DNA from: Longimicrobiales bacterium
Lineage (GTDB): Bacteria; Gemmatimonadota; Gemmatimonadetes; Longimicrobiales; Gaopeijiaceae
Direction of reading: 5' to 3'
Length of the DNA stretch: 64,000 nucleotides
Assembly: GCA_965219445.1 (NCBI GenBank)
Contig: CBDCNQ010000005.1
Span: 672,001-736,000 of the forward strand
Part shown: positions 1 to 10,900 of the stretch, piece by piece
Position numbering within the stretch: the first letter of the stretch is position 1
Layout: each line of letters starts with the position of its first letter
Notes under the pieces: generated by a model
Told to the model about the DNA's origin: nothing
Seen by the model: the letters and a program-made list of their open reading frames with translations, nothing else
Databases searched by the model: none
Translations under genes and position numbers: made by a program

Positions 1-237
1 ACAAAGCTGGACGTAAGAGGCGAGATCTGCCCCTATCCGATGATGCGGACCGTCAGGGCCTTGAAGAAACTGCCCGGAGACGAGAGCGAGTTGGTGGTGG
101 TCACCGATCATGCGCCGGCGCTGGAGACGATCCCAACACAGGCCGCCCGCCTCGGGTTCCGAACCGACATCGAAGAGGCCGGCGCGTCGGAGTGGCGTAT
201 CACGATTACACGCACGCAAGTGGAGGAGGAAGCATGA
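1..237 (+). CDS. TusA/SirA/YedF-family sulfur carrier protein (5' end outside window)
   Basis: Frame 1 from base 1 reads TKLDVRGEICPYPMMRTVRALKKL...VVTDH, the LDxxGxxCPxP signature. The stop overlaps the next ATG (ATGA). Confidence 0.9.
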   Translation, partial: TKLDVRGEICPYPMMRTVRALKKLPGDESELVVVTDHAPALETIPTQAARLGFRTDIEEAGASEWRITITRTQVEEEA

Positions 238-1151
238 GCAACCATCGAACGGCACTAACGAAGCTTCTCTGGATCATGCTCCTGAGCGCCGTGTCGGCCT
301 CCTGCGCGAGCGAGGGCGGTGACGCGACCGAGCGGGCCTACGCCAACGACGTCCTGGTCGATACGGAATGGATCGAAGCGCGTACGGAGGACTCCAGCGT
401 GCGTATGCTGGAGGTCGGTGGAAACGCGGAGGCCTTCGGGGAGGGGCACCTTCCCGGGGCATCCTTTCTGTCGATGGGCCGGTTGTCGAACCCCGACGAT
501 CCCGTTCGCGGCCAGATCGCCACGGCGGCCCAGGTGTCGGCAGCCATCTCCGGCACGGGTGTCGGACGGGATCAGACCGTGGTCCTGTACGACCGCCAAA
601 ACAATCTCCAGGCAGCCAGAGCCTATTGGGTCTTGAAGTACTATCAGCACCCCGACGTCCGCATCTACAACGGTGGGACCCGCAGTTGGACTGCGGACGG
701 GCGGGCGTTGAGCACGGAAACTACCGAGTACGAGCCATCCGACTATCAAGCGGGTCCGGCCGACCCGGAGATCCGCACGACCTGGCAGTACGTCGTAGAC
801 CATACCGATGATCCGACGACGCTCTTCTGTGACACGAGGAGCCCGGGTGAGCACCTGGGTCTAGATGTCAGGGCGGAACGGGGTGGCCACATCCCGGGCT
901 CGATCAACATGGAATGGACGGCGGCGGTGAATTCGAATGGGACGTTCAAGTCCGTCGCTGAACTGGCAGCCTTGTATGGTGGAGCGGGCTTCACATCCGA
1001 CAAGCAGATCATCACCTACTGCCAGAGTGGCGTCCGGGGCGCTCACACATGGTTCGTCCTGAGTGAGCTCCTGGGTTATCCGAACGTACGCAACTACGAC
1101 GGGTCGTGGGGAGAGTACGGAAACAACCCCCAGAGTCCGATCGAGAGCTAG
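234..1151 (+). CDS. Tandem-domain rhodanese/thiosulfate sulfurtransferase, probably an exported lipoprotein
   Basis: GHLPGA and GHIPGS motifs, active-site YCQSGVRG, C-terminal YDGSWGEYG signature. N-terminal hydrophobic stretch ends in lipobox-like SASC. ATG at 234 overlaps the tusA stop. Confidence 0.9.
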   Translation: MSNHRTALTKLLWIMLLSAVSASCASEGGDATERAYANDVLVDTEWIEARTEDSSVRMLEVGGNAEAFGEGHLPGASFLSMGRLSNPDDPVRGQIATAAQVSAAISGTGVGRDQTVVLYDRQNNLQAARAYWVLKYYQHPDVRIYNGGTRSWTADGRALSTETTEYEPSDYQAGPADPEIRTTWQYVVDHTDDPTTLFCDTRSPGEHLGLDVRAERGGHIPGSINMEWTAAVNSNGTFKSVAELAALYGGAGFTSDKQIITYCQSGVRGAHTWFVLSELLGYPNVRNYDGSWGEYGNNPQSPIES

Positions 1152-1164
1152 CGTCGGGTCCCCC

Positions 1165-1668
1165 TCAGTCGTTCTCGCGCGGGTCGCCTTCATCCAAGAC
1201 CTGCTGCGTACGGCCCGCCCGGTAAGTACGGACGGCTTCTCGGACCTCGGGGTATTTATTCCCTAGTATTGCAGCGGCGAGCAGCGCGGCGTTGGCCGCC
1301 CCTGCCTTGCCGATGGCGAGTGTCCCGACCGGGATGCCTGCCGGCATCTGCACGATCGACAACAGCGAATCCAATCCGTCCAGTGCCCAAGCCTTCATCG
1401 GCACGCCCAGGACCGGGACGAGGGTCTTCGCAGCCATCATTCCCCCGAGGTGGGCCGCCCCCCCCGCTCCGGTGATAATCACCTCGAGACCGCGCTCTTC
1501 GGCGGCGGCAGCATACTCGATGCAAAGGTCGGGTGTGCGGTGGCCGGAGATCACTCGGACTTCATGGGCGATGCCGAGCGTTTCGAGCGTCTCCGACGCA
1601 CGCCGCATGGTCGCCCAATCCGACTTAGACCCCATAACGACGCCAACTAGTGGTTGGGACTCGTTCAT
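1165..1668 (-). CDS. purE: N5-carboxyaminoimidazole ribonucleotide mutase
   Basis: VGVVMGSKSDW, SGHRTP, GAGGAAHLGGM and LDGLDSLLSIVQMPAGIPV motifs. Confidence 0.97.
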   Translation of the reverse strand: MNESQPLVGVVMGSKSDWATMRRASETLETLGIAHEVRVISGHRTPDLCIEYAAAAEERGLEVIITGAGGAAHLGGMMAAKTLVPVLGVPMKAWALDGLDSLLSIVQMPAGIPVGTLAIGKAGAANAALLAAAILGNKYPEVREAVRTYRAGRTQQVLDEGDPREND

Positions 1669-1826
1669 GGCAAGAGCTTGCACGAGAGGCCCTGCAGGGT
1701 CAAGAGTTGGCTTCGAGAATCACCGATGAACGTCCCATCTGGCGTGAGAAAAAACACTTGTTCCGGCGGCCCCACAACCACATCTTTCACCTGCAGACTG
1801 GTTCCAACTCCCCGAGGAAGGATCTC

Positions 1827-2840
1827 ATGGATCGCAAGATCATAGCCACCGGAGTACTCCTCACCGGCTTACTGGTGGCGATGCCCGTTCTGGCGCAAGA
1901 CCAAGCCTACGTATGGACGACGGATCGCCCCGACGGGCATGCTCCCGCCGGGGTCAAGTCGGACTTCACACTCTCCGCAGGGGAGCTCTACGTTGGCTAC
2001 CGGTACTCTGCGGAGAAATTCAGAGGTACGCTCATCGGCACCCAGGACGTGTCCGCCGATGAGGTCCGAGACTTCTTCACGGTCGCTCCGCTGACGCACG
2101 ACCGCTGGACGGGAGAGCTCGACGTCCGCTTCGGGTTCGGTCTCGCCACGGTGGAATTCTCGATGCCGTGGGTCAGAAACGAGATGTTCAACGAGACGGA
2201 CACGGGGTTCTTCGAGAGTTCGTCCCAGTTCCTGGGTGACATCAGCCTTCGAGGGTTGTTCGATGTTCTCGAATTAGACGGGTATCGGCTGAGCCTTACC
2301 CTTGGAGGCACAGTGCCAACGGGGAAGATCGGGAAGAGGGGTGCCACGGCCACCGATCCTCGGGGGGTCCTACCCTACACGATGCAGGGCGGCTCGGGTA
2401 GTCCCGACGTCCTGGTCGGCGGAACGTTTCTAGTGCAGAATGAAGTTGCCTCCGTCGGAGCCCAGATCAACTCCGTAATCCGCGTCGTGGACAACGGTAA
2501 GGACTACCGTCTCGGTGATGAGTTCAACTTCTCGGTGTGGGGCGCCTACAACCTCACCGGGTGGGCAAGCGTTTCCCTCAGAGGAAGTTATGAACAGATA
2601 TCTGCGATCTCGGGATTCGACGCACGCACGGACGGGACCGTCGACCCTCTAGCGAACCCGTTCGCCCAGGGCGGAGAACGGATAACGGTCCCGATAGGAC
2701 TCAACGTTTACCTCCGCGACGGCAGGGCCGCGGGACACCGGCTCTCGATCGAGTTCTACTACCCGGTCCACGAAGACCTGAATGGGCCGCAGATGTCGGC
2801 TCATCGGAATCTTGTCGCTTCCTGGCAGACCGTGTTCTAG
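1827..2840 (+). CDS. Outer-membrane beta-barrel putative transporter (phenol MetA-like 'transporter' family)
   Basis: Signal peptide (…MPVLA-QD), RPDGHAP motif, LGDISL…LGGTVPTG…LPYTMQGGSGS, amphipathic strands and terminal F. Purine-rich RBS (gaggaagga) before ATG 1827. Confidence 0.65.
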   Translation: MDRKIIATGVLLTGLLVAMPVLAQDQAYVWTTDRPDGHAPAGVKSDFTLSAGELYVGYRYSAEKFRGTLIGTQDVSADEVRDFFTVAPLTHDRWTGELDVRFGFGLATVEFSMPWVRNEMFNETDTGFFESSSQFLGDISLRGLFDVLELDGYRLSLTLGGTVPTGKIGKRGATATDPRGVLPYTMQGGSGSPDVLVGGTFLVQNEVASVGAQINSVIRVVDNGKDYRLGDEFNFSVWGAYNLTGWASVSLRGSYEQISAISGFDARTDGTVDPLANPFAQGGERITVPIGLNVYLRDGRAAGHRLSIEFYYPVHEDLNGPQMSAHRNLVASWQTVF

Positions 2841-2857
2841 ACCTCCATACACTCATC

Positions 2858-2900
2858 AGAACCGCCCCGCCTGGCTCAGCCGGATGGGGCGGTTTTTCTT
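2858..2900. terminator. Rho-independent terminator between convergent genes
   Basis: aaccgcccc...ggggcggtt stem followed by tttctt on the + strand. Confidence 0.75.
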
Positions 2901-2926
2901 GGTGGGTGCGTCCTACCATCGCTGCG

Positions 2927-4201
2927 CTACACGACACGCACCATATGATAGTTCTTCTTGCCCTTCCGCAGAATCAAGAACCTCCCTTCGATCGCATCTG
3001 AGCGGGTGACAGCCGCCTCAACGTCTTCGACTCTGACGTTGTTGATGGAAAGACCTCCACCCTCGACGGAACGCCTGGCCTCTCCGCGGGACTTGCACAC
3101 GCCCGCGTCCGCGAACAAGTCCAGAACGCCGGTACCGTCCCCCTCCAGCCCGGCCCGCGTGATCTCGCTCGACGGAACATCCGAGAAGACGTCCGCGAGC
3201 TCATCTGCCCCGAGGCCTGCAATCTCGCCACCGAAAAGCACGTTCGTCGCACGTTGGGCACTCGCAAGACTATCGTCTCCGTGAACTCGCCGTGTCACCT
3301 CCTCGGCGAGCGCACGGTGGGCGCCGCGCTCATGCGGCCGCTCGGCGTGGATCGATTCGAGTTCGGAGATCTCATCGGGACCCAGCAGCGTGAAGCACCG
3401 GAGATGCCGAACGACGTCGCGGTCATCGGCCGTCATCCAAAACTGATAGAACCGGTAGGGCGACGTGAGTGCCGGGTCGAGCCAGACGCCACCGGCCTCG
3501 GTCTTACCGAACTTGTGCCCACCGGCGCCCGTCAGGAGGGGATACGTAATGCCGTACGCCTTCTCTCCTCGCATACGGCGGACCAAATCGATGCCCGCCG
3601 TGATGTTTCCCCACTGGTCGCTGCCGCCCATTTGGAGTGTGCATCCGTACCGCTCGTTCAACGCCACGAAGTCGTACGCCTGTAGGAGCGCGTAGCTGAA
3701 CTCCGTGTAGGAAATCCCCGTCTCTTCGCTCTCCACGCGCCGCCGGATAGACTCTTTCTTGAGAAGCGCGTTCACGGAAAAGTGCTTCCCGACGTCTCGT
3801 AGGAAGTCGACCATCGAGATCTCGCCGAGCCAGTCCAGATTGTTGATGGTCCGAGCCGGGTTGTTGAGGCCGCCGAATTCCAGGAAGTGCTCCAGCTGCC
3901 GCCGGATTGCCTCGAGGTTTTCAGCCGCTTCTTCTTTGGTGAGGAGTTGGCGCTCCTCAGTCTTTCCGGAGGGGTCTCCAATGAGCCCGGTCCCGCCACC
4001 CATGAGCACAAGCGGATGATGCCCGGCCCTCTGAAGGTGCACGAGGCCCATGATGGGCATGAGATTGCCCACGTGAAGGCTGCCCGCAGTGGGATCGAAG
4101 CCGATGTAGGCCGTTACAGGACCCTCGGCGAGGGCGGCTTCCACTCCCTCGGTGGAGTCCTGCAGCATGCCCCGCCAGCGATATTCTTGCAGTAAGCTCA
4201 T
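2927..4201 (-). CDS. tyrS: Tyrosine--tRNA ligase
   Basis: YIGFDPTAGSLHVGN (HIGH), QMGGSDQWGNI, KFGKT (KMSKS) and a C-terminal S4 domain ending LRKGKKNY. Confidence 0.98.
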   Translation of the reverse strand: MSLLQEYRWRGMLQDSTEGVEAALAEGPVTAYIGFDPTAGSLHVGNLMPIMGLVHLQRAGHHPLVLMGGGTGLIGDPSGKTEERQLLTKEEAAENLEAIRRQLEHFLEFGGLNNPARTINNLDWLGEISMVDFLRDVGKHFSVNALLKKESIRRRVESEETGISYTEFSYALLQAYDFVALNERYGCTLQMGGSDQWGNITAGIDLVRRMRGEKAYGITYPLLTGAGGHKFGKTEAGGVWLDPALTSPYRFYQFWMTADDRDVVRHLRCFTLLGPDEISELESIHAERPHERGAHRALAEEVTRRVHGDDSLASAQRATNVLFGGEIAGLGADELADVFSDVPSSEITRAGLEGDGTGVLDLFADAGVCKSRGEARRSVEGGGLSINNVRVEDVEAAVTRSDAIEGRFLILRKGKKNYHMVRVV

Positions 4202-4308
4202 CTAACTCGGTCGCGTGACACGCTCCCTAACGGGGATCCTCGAAACCCGACACGGCGCGTAAGATCGTCGGCCAAAGATGGTCGGCTATCAACCCCAGTC
4301 AAGCGCAG

Positions 4309-5709
4309 TCAGGCCTGCGAGACGCCCGAAAAAACCGCTCGCACCCTGCCCCGATCGATCTTCCCGTTCACGTTGACCGGGAGGGTGTCAGTGAACTCTA
4401 CGCGCCTCGGTAACTCAGAGGCGGAAAGCCGTTCCCGGGCCCGCGCCATCAACGTATCCAGATCCTCCTCCACCTCGGGGTCGGCTACGATGAGCGCCAC
4501 GACCGTTTCGCCCCAAACCTCGTCCGGAACGCCCGTAACTGCAGCGCTGGCGACGCCCGGTAGGCCCTCGAGCACCGCCTCCACCGATCGTGGATCGACG
4601 GTCGCCCCTCCGGTCACGATTCGATCGCTGATCCGGCCGGAAATCCAGAGATGGCCATCACCGTCGAGCCATCCTAGATCGCCCGTCGCGAGCCACCCCT
4701 CCCCGTCCGCCGCACCGGGCGAGACCGTGTCGCCTCTTACGCAGAGCTCTCCATCCTCCAGAATCCGGACCTCGAGGCCGTCCATCGGAGGACCGACCGT
4801 GCCCGGCTTCTCCACGACAAGGTCCGGAGAGGCGGTGGCCACCTGGGAACAGGCCTCCGTCAGGCCGTAGGTCAGGGCGATCGGATATCCCATTTCGAGA
4901 ACTTCGGTAACCAGTGTGGCACCCGCCGCCGCGCCACCGACCAGAAGGCAACGCAGCGTCGAGGGGACGGGCTCCCCTCCACGCACCTCGAGAAGCCGCC
5001 TCAGCATGGTGGGAACGACCGAGGCGTGAGTCAGAGCGTCCCGGTCGATCAACTCCCCCAGCACCTCGGAGGAAAACCGCCCCCGCACCAGGAGCGTGCA
5101 TCCAACGTGGGCCACCCGGTGCACGAGCGCGAGCCCACCGACGTGGCCAAGGGACAAAGAAGCGTACCAGCGGTCCGCTTCGGTGAGGCCCAAGCGCGCG
5201 ACAGACGCGCGGGCGCTCGCATCGAGGGCCGACGAATGGATCGGGACCGCGTTGGCATCACGGGACGTGCCCGACGTCCAGAGGAGGGCGAAAGGGCCCG
5301 GCTTGGGTGGGAGTTCGGGCGTGGCGTCCGCCGGCTTGGGCAGATCGTCGAGCGTCGTGACCCAATCCGCGTCGAGCGCCGCGTCGTGGACGTCATCTTG
5401 CGTGCTGAGGATCAGGTCGGGCCCGATCATGTCGAGCGCCCGTTCCATCGAGACCGCGCCCAGCCGAGGATCGAGCGGCGCTAGGACGGCGCCGGTTCGT
5501 GGGACAGCCCAAACAGCCTGGATGGATGACGCGTTCGGGTGGGCCACAAGCGCAACGGTTGAGCCGGGCCCCGCCCCGAGGGGTGCGAGGCGGCGGGCCA
5601 TGCGGCCCACCGAGGCGTCCAGTTCGGCGTACGTCCACACGCGTCCGCCGTCGTCCAGCGCGGGGGCGTCGGGGCGGGCTTGCGCCACCGCCCGGAGTGG
5701 ATCACTCAC
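4309..5709 (-). CDS. menE: O-succinylbenzoate--CoA ligase
   Basis: AMP-binding motifs (TSGTS, TYGLTE, ATGDLG, GKIDR). GTG start overlaps the menA stop; men operon context. Confidence 0.85.
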   Translation of the reverse strand: MSDPLRAVAQARPDAPALDDGGRVWTYAELDASVGRMARRLAPLGAGPGSTVALVAHPNASSIQAVWAVPRTGAVLAPLDPRLGAVSMERALDMIGPDLILSTQDDVHDAALDADWVTTLDDLPKPADATPELPPKPGPFALLWTSGTSRDANAVPIHSSALDASARASVARLGLTEADRWYASLSLGHVGGLALVHRVAHVGCTLLVRGRFSSEVLGELIDRDALTHASVVPTMLRRLLEVRGGEPVPSTLRCLLVGGAAAGATLVTEVLEMGYPIALTYGLTEACSQVATASPDLVVEKPGTVGPPMDGLEVRILEDGELCVRGDTVSPGAADGEGWLATGDLGWLDGDGHLWISGRISDRIVTGGATVDPRSVEAVLEGLPGVASAAVTGVPDEVWGETVVALIVADPEVEEDLDTLMARARERLSASELPRRVEFTDTLPVNVNGKIDRGRVRAVFSGVSQA

Positions 5710-6587
5710 CCGAATGCCAATCCCGCGGCCAAGAGCACGCCGTAAAGCCCAACCACACGGGCGGTGCCCGCCAGCGCTGGGATCAACTCTCTTGGGTCGT
5801 CCGTGGCCATGATGAGGGTCACCGGCGAGACGGAGGCCGCCCCCGCAACGAGGGCGATCAGCGCCGCCGGGGGCCACTGGTACAAGCCCACACCCAGCAC
5901 CGGAATGGTGAACCCGAACGCCATAAGGAAAGCGTACTCAACCCGGCTCCCATTTCGGCCCAACCGAACGGCCAGGGTACGTTTACCGGACGAGGCGTCC
6001 GTTTCGAGATCCCTGATGTTGTTGGCCACCAGAATCGCCGTACTCAGCGCGCCCATACCGGCCCCTGCCACGAGCACATCCCCGGTGACGACAAGCGCCT
6101 GCACCCAGTACGTCCCGCCGACTGCGATAAGACCGAAGAATACGAAAACGAACGGATCGCCCAGGCCGTGATAAGCGAGCGGATAGGGTCCGCCGGTGTA
6201 GGCGACCGCACACAGGAGCGACGCGAGACCGATCCACACGATCGGCCACCCGCCCACGAACACCAGGTAGACGCCGACCGCAGCGGCGGCGGCAAGCACC
6301 AATACCATACCGCGCCACACGTGCTCAGCGGGAATGAGCCCCGCCTGCGTCACACGCACCGGGCCGACCCGGTTCGGTGGATCGCCCCCCCGCATGAAGT
6401 CGTAATAGTCGTTAGCGAAGTTGGTCCCGATCTGGATGAGAATAGCCCCGGCAAGAGCCGCTACCACCGGGAGTAGAGCGAAGGTCTCGTGCGCATCCGC
6501 CAAGCCGGCTCCGACGAACACTGGAGCGGCGGCGGCGGTCAGTGTCTTGGGTCGCGCGGCCTGAATCCAGTGGGAGACAGCCATCAC
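5706..6587 (-). CDS. menA: 1,4-dihydroxy-2-naphthoate polyprenyltransferase
   Basis: [42 protein letters not shown] and KRTLAVRLG motifs. Confidence 0.95.
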   Translation of the reverse strand: MMAVSHWIQAARPKTLTAAAAPVFVGAGLADAHETFALLPVVAALAGAILIQIGTNFANDYYDFMRGGDPPNRVGPVRVTQAGLIPAEHVWRGMVLVLAAAAAVGVYLVFVGGWPIVWIGLASLLCAVAYTGGPYPLAYHGLGDPFVFVFFGLIAVGGTYWVQALVVTGDVLVAGAGMGALSTAILVANNIRDLETDASSGKRTLAVRLGRNGSRVEYAFLMAFGFTIPVLGVGLYQWPPAALIALVAGAASVSPVTLIMATDDPRELIPALAGTARVVGLYGVLLAAGLAFG

Positions 6588-6593
6588 GGGAGG

Positions 6594-6677
6594 GATCGCA
6601 TCCGGGGCGGCATCGGGTAGCGCGTCGGGTAGCGCGTGGGGTAGCGCATCGGCGACAGCATCAGGGAGGGCATCGGG
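6594..6677 (-). repeat. Degenerate 12-bp tandem repeat (about 7 units) between menB and menA
   Basis: Minus strand reads ccc gat gcc ctc / cct gat gct gtc / gcc gat gcg cta / ccc cac gcg cta / ccc gac gcg cta / ccc gat gcc gcc / ccg gat gcg atc. Confidence 0.8.
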
Positions 6678-6688
6678 ACGTCACGTCC

Positions 6689-7528
6689 CTACCAGGGCAA
6701 CCATGGGAATTTGCTGAAATCCGGTTCGCGCTTCTCCAGATAGGCGTTCTTCGCCTCCTTCGCTTCTTCCGTCATGTAGAAGAGGAGCGTTGCGTTCCCG
6801 GCGAGTTCCTGAATTCCAGCCTGCCCATCGACGTCGGCGTTGAACGCGGACTTGAGCACGCGGATCGCCAGCGGGCTCTTCTCGAGGATCTCCTGAGCCC
6901 ATTTCCAGCCCTCCGCCTCGAGCTCGTCCACCGGCACCACGGCATTGACCATGCCCATCTCGAGCGCCTCTTCGGCACTGTATTGACGGCACAAGTACCA
7001 GATCTCCCGTGCCTTCTTCTGACCCACCATGCGCGCCAGGAAAGACGAGCCGAAGCCGCCGTCGAAGCTACCGACCTTGGGACCCGTCTGGCCAAAGACG
7101 GCGTTGTCGGCAGCGAGCGTGAGGTCGCATACGACGTGCAACACGTGGCCGCCACCGATCGCGTACCCCGCCACCAGGCAGATGACGGGTTTGGGCATAC
7201 TCCGGATGTAGCGCTGGAGCTCCAGTACGTTGAGGCGCGGCACACCGTCGCGCCCTACGTAACCCCCATCACCGCGTACCCTCTGGTCTCCCCCGGAGCA
7301 GAACGCGTACCCGCCGTCCTCCGCCGGTCCCTCCCCAGTGAACAGCACGACCCCGATGCGTATGTCCTCTCCGGCGTTCCTGAACGCCTCCTGCAGCTCC
7401 AACAGCGTCTCTGGCCGGAAGGCATTCCGCACCCGAGGGCGATTGATGGCTATACGGGCCACCCCCTCCGCCTTCTTGTACGTGATGTCCTCGTATTCCT
7501 TGACGACTTCCCACTGCGGCTCGCTCAT
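6689..7528 (-). CDS. menB: 1,4-dihydroxy-2-naphthoyl-CoA synthase
   Basis: [34 protein letters not shown] and [14 protein letters not shown] motifs. Start MSEPQW. Confidence 0.97.
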   Translation of the reverse strand: MSEPQWEVVKEYEDITYKKAEGVARIAINRPRVRNAFRPETLLELQEAFRNAGEDIRIGVVLFTGEGPAEDGGYAFCSGGDQRVRGDGGYVGRDGVPRLNVLELQRYIRSMPKPVICLVAGYAIGGGHVLHVVCDLTLAADNAVFGQTGPKVGSFDGGFGSSFLARMVGQKKAREIWYLCRQYSAEEALEMGMVNAVVPVDELEAEGWKWAQEILEKSPLAIRVLKSAFNADVDGQAGIQELAGNATLLFYMTEEAKEAKNAYLEKREPDFSKFPWLPW

Positions 7529-7652
7529 GGTCTCGCCCCGCCTATGTGTAGTGTCGCAGAAGTGTCTCGGCCATTGATCTCGTTGCGCTCGATCGTCTCG
7601 TAACCCGGCAGCCACGACGAGCATGAGGGCGCTCGGCTCGAACACCGATGCG

Positions 7653-9503
7653 TTACAATAGCGTCCCAACGGCTTGGCGCACGGCCTCGACGACCGCTTG
7701 GCGGGCGTGCTGGTTCTGGTCGCGATCGCTTCGAACCTCCAAGATTCGCGGTCCTGCACACGCGAGGACGTCCCCGAGCGCGTCTGCCGCATCGTTCGGA
7801 TGGTCCACGCAGCGGTAGGAGATCCCATACAGATCGGCCACATGGCGAAAATCGAGCCCATGCGGAGTCGCAAAATACCTCGTGAATTCGGGCTCGTGAT
7901 CCCGGATGGGGAGCATATGGAAGATGCCCCCACCGTCGTTGTTGATCACGACGAACACGATGTCCAGCCGATATTTGGCGACGGCGAGGAGTCCGTTCAT
8001 GTCGTGGTAGAAGGCGACATCTCCCACGATGGCGACGATCGGCGACCGCCCTTCACCCGCCGCGGCCATCCCTCCCACAGTGGACACGATCCCGTCGATT
8101 CCGCTGGCTCCCCGGTTGCCGTATACGCGAAGAGCCTTCCCTCCCCCGCCGAACGCGTCCAGATCCCGGACCGGCATGGAATTGGACACGAACAGCGTCG
8201 TGCCCTCCGGGACCCCGGAGACAACGGTGGCCAAGACGGCACCCTCGCCGGGCTCGCCGGCTTCGGAGGTCCGAAAATCACAGACCGCCTGCTTCGCGGC
8301 CTGATCGATCCGTCTCCACTGCTCGCACCATGACGGAGGTGCTCCCGACGTACGCAGTGTATTCGTCACGGCCTGGATGAAGGGCGCCTCCTCCGCGCGT
8401 ACGTTGAGCGAGGCTACGCCGAGATGATCCTTCCAGCGATGTCCCGACGTGACTCTCACCTGGGGCACATCCACGAGCTCGCCCAGGAAATCCAGGAGCG
8501 AAGCGGACACCGGTGCGCCCCCGATGCGGATGGCAACGTCGGGCTTGAGTGTCTCTCGAAGATCTCCGCGGGGAGACGATGACTCGAGCCCAGACGATGC
8601 CTCGGGCCCGGACTGGTCCCGTGGCAATGGGTTCTGAAGAAAGAGGTCGTAGGCCGTCACGGCGTGCTCCACGCAGTCCCCGCTGAAACGGGCACCGGAG
8701 AGAGGATCGCCGAGCACGGGAAATCCGGTGGCACGGGCCAGCTCCCCGACGGCCGGCCCTACGGCCTCGGGATCGGCAACCGGCCCCACGACGATCAACC
8801 CACGCGAGCCCTCCGCCAAGGCGACCGCAACCGCGCGCACATCGTCCTCGGCGGGGCCGGCTCCGCCCCCCTCATCAACCGGAGCTACGGGCATGCCATC
8901 CGGGTGCCCGTCCAGTCCGACGGGATCCCTCTCACGGAGATTCGCTGCCCGCTCCGCAGTGAGTTCGGCTGGCTCCAGAGGCTTGTCGAGCGGAAAATTC
9001 ACATGGACGGGGCCGGGATCCATCCCCAACGTCGCGGCGACGGCCTTGCGCGTGAGCGATCGCACGCCCAGGAAATCATCCGCCGAGGGCTCGCCGGCAT
9101 CGAGGCTCTCCCTGACGAACGACCCGTAAAGGCCGGACTGGTCGATCGTCTGGTTCGCGTCGGTCCCCCGGAGCCGATGCGGTCGGTCCGCGGTGAGCAC
9201 AAGCAAGGGCACTCCAGCCTCTGACGCCTCGATCACTGCGGGGAAAAGGTTTGCGGTGGCGGTCCCGGACGTCGTGATCACAGCCGCCGGACGCCGAGTG
9301 GCCTTCCCGAGTCCAAGGGCGAAAAACCCGGCGCACCGCTCATCCAGATGGACCCACGTCCTGATCCCATCTTCCCTCGCACACGCCATAACCAGCGGTG
9401 TCGATCTGGACCCGGGGGCGATGCAGACATGTTCGACGCCCCCGCGAACCAACTCATCGGTGAAGGCCCTGACCCAGGCGGTCGTGACCGCCGGGTCGGT
9501 CAT
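7653..9503 (-). CDS. menD: SEPHCHC synthase
   Basis: [38 protein letters not shown] and the ThDP motif GDVAFYHD…[11 protein letters not shown] overlaps the menF stop. Confidence 0.96.
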   Translation of the reverse strand: MTDPAVTTAWVRAFTDELVRGGVEHVCIAPGSRSTPLVMACAREDGIRTWVHLDERCAGFFALGLGKATRRPAAVITTSGTATANLFPAVIEASEAGVPLLVLTADRPHRLRGTDANQTIDQSGLYGSFVRESLDAGEPSADDFLGVRSLTRKAVAATLGMDPGPVHVNFPLDKPLEPAELTAERAANLRERDPVGLDGHPDGMPVAPVDEGGGAGPAEDDVRAVAVALAEGSRGLIVVGPVADPEAVGPAVGELARATGFPVLGDPLSGARFSGDCVEHAVTAYDLFLQNPLPRDQSGPEASSGLESSSPRGDLRETLKPDVAIRIGGAPVSASLLDFLGELVDVPQVRVTSGHRWKDHLGVASLNVRAEEAPFIQAVTNTLRTSGAPPSWCEQWRRIDQAAKQAVCDFRTSEAGEPGEGAVLATVVSGVPEGTTLFVSNSMPVRDLDAFGGGGKALRVYGNRGASGIDGIVSTVGGMAAAGEGRSPIVAIVGDVAFYHDMNGLLAVAKYRLDIVFVVINNDGGGIFHMLPIRDHEPEFTRYFATPHGLDFRHVADLYGISYRCVDHPNDAADALGDVLACAGPRILEVRSDRDQNQHARQAVVEAVRQAVGTLL

Positions 9504-10900
9504 CGTGCTCCGCTCGCCGCGAGGGCCCTCAACATTGGCTCGAACTTGATGCTCGTTTCGTCCCATTCGAGGCGGGGATCAGAGCCCTCCACGATTCCTG
9601 CCCCAGCAAAAAGTCTCCACCGGAGGTCCTGGACCACCGCACAGCGAAGCGCCGGTACGAACACGCCGTTCCCGTCCAGATCGAACCATCCCACCGGGCC
9701 CGCGTACCAACCGCGCTCGAAAGGCTCTTCTTTCCCGAGGAACTCCAACGCAGCGTCCCGAGGAAGGCCGCACACGGCCGGCGTGGGGTGGAGCGCTTCG
9801 AGCACCGTGAGGGCCGACGTGCCCTCGGGAAGCCGAGCCCGGATCTCTGTCTCGAGGTGCTGAAGCCGGGCTAGCGTAAGCACGTGCGGCTCCGGCTGCG
9901 CGCGGATTTCCTCGGCCAGCGGGCCTAGCCGAGCGACCATGTCTTCGAGGGCGATGCGCTGCTCGACGCACTCTTTCTCACTGGCCAGCAGCTGTTCCGC
10001 CAAGCGCTTCTGCTCGCTTGCCGTCTCCCCACGTGCCACCGTGCCCGCGACCGCCGTGGCATGGAAATGGCCACCCGAGAGCGTGGTCACGGTTTCCGGC
10101 GCAGCGCCGAGAAATGCGCATCCGTCCTCCGGTTCGAAGTAGAATACGTGACTGGCACCGTTTCCCGTCCACAGATGATGGACGACTTCGATCGGATCCA
10201 GGCGGCCCTGAGTGATCACATCGAGGGTTCGAGCGAGAACGACCTTTGAGACTCGCCCCTCGTCGATCGCCGCCAGGGCATCCGTCACGGCGGCGTCCCA
10301 GCCCGCACGCTCGGATTCGGCTCGAGTGAAGGGAACGAGAGGCGAGGACGCCTCCACGGATCCACCGGAATCGCCACACCCTTCCCCCGCCGGCTCCGCG
10401 AGCTCTCGGGAAAGCCGCCCCGCATGTGTCAGTAGACGGGTCAGAATCGATTCGGCCCCGTTGCGCTCCGGGTCGACCAGGATCCGCACGGTCAAGACAG
10501 GGTCTTCTCCCGAAACCCTCTGGAGTTCGAGCGCCGGAACGTGGAAGAGGGCCGGCGGAAATCCCGCCCAAAGATCTTCCGTCGCATATTCTGGGCGAAA
10601 CGCGAAGCCGCCAAAAAACCTCACTCCAGGGGCGTCGCCCACGCCCCCTGCGGAGCCGGGAGCGAAGAGGTCCATGGCGTTCGTCTCGACCCCGGAGAAC
10701 GGTCCTCCCGGGTGAGCCCCCTCGGCAGTCACCGTCGCCAGAGCCCCCGCGTGGGCGATCCAGCCATCGGACCGCGCCCAAAACCCCCGAGGCCCACCGC
10801 CGGCACGCCGAAGAAAGCGCATCGGATCGGCACCAGTGGCGGGAGCGGTCACAGCCAGCACTCGCGCCTGTGCAATCGCAGCGGTGTTCGCCGGGTTCAT
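9500..10900 (-). CDS. menF: Isochorismate synthase
   Basis: KVVLAR, FLGAAPE, LHPTPAVCG, RGWYAGPVGW and FAGAGIVEGS motifs. First gene of the men cluster. Confidence 0.92.
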   Translation of the reverse strand: MNPANTAAIAQARVLAVTAPATGADPMRFLRRAGGGPRGFWARSDGWIAHAGALATVTAEGAHPGGPFSGVETNAMDLFAPGSAGGVGDAPGVRFFGGFAFRPEYATEDLWAGFPPALFHVPALELQRVSGEDPVLTVRILVDPERNGAESILTRLLTHAGRLSRELAEPAGEGCGDSGGSVEASSPLVPFTRAESERAGWDAAVTDALAAIDEGRVSKVVLARTLDVITQGRLDPIEVVHHLWTGNGASHVFYFEPEDGCAFLGAAPETVTTLSGGHFHATAVAGTVARGETASEQKRLAEQLLASEKECVEQRIALEDMVARLGPLAEEIRAQPEPHVLTLARLQHLETEIRARLPEGTSALTVLEALHPTPAVCGLPRDAALEFLGKEEPFERGWYAGPVGWFDLDGNGVFVPALRCAVVQDLRWRLFAGAGIVEGSDPRLEWDETSIKFEPMLRALAASGAR

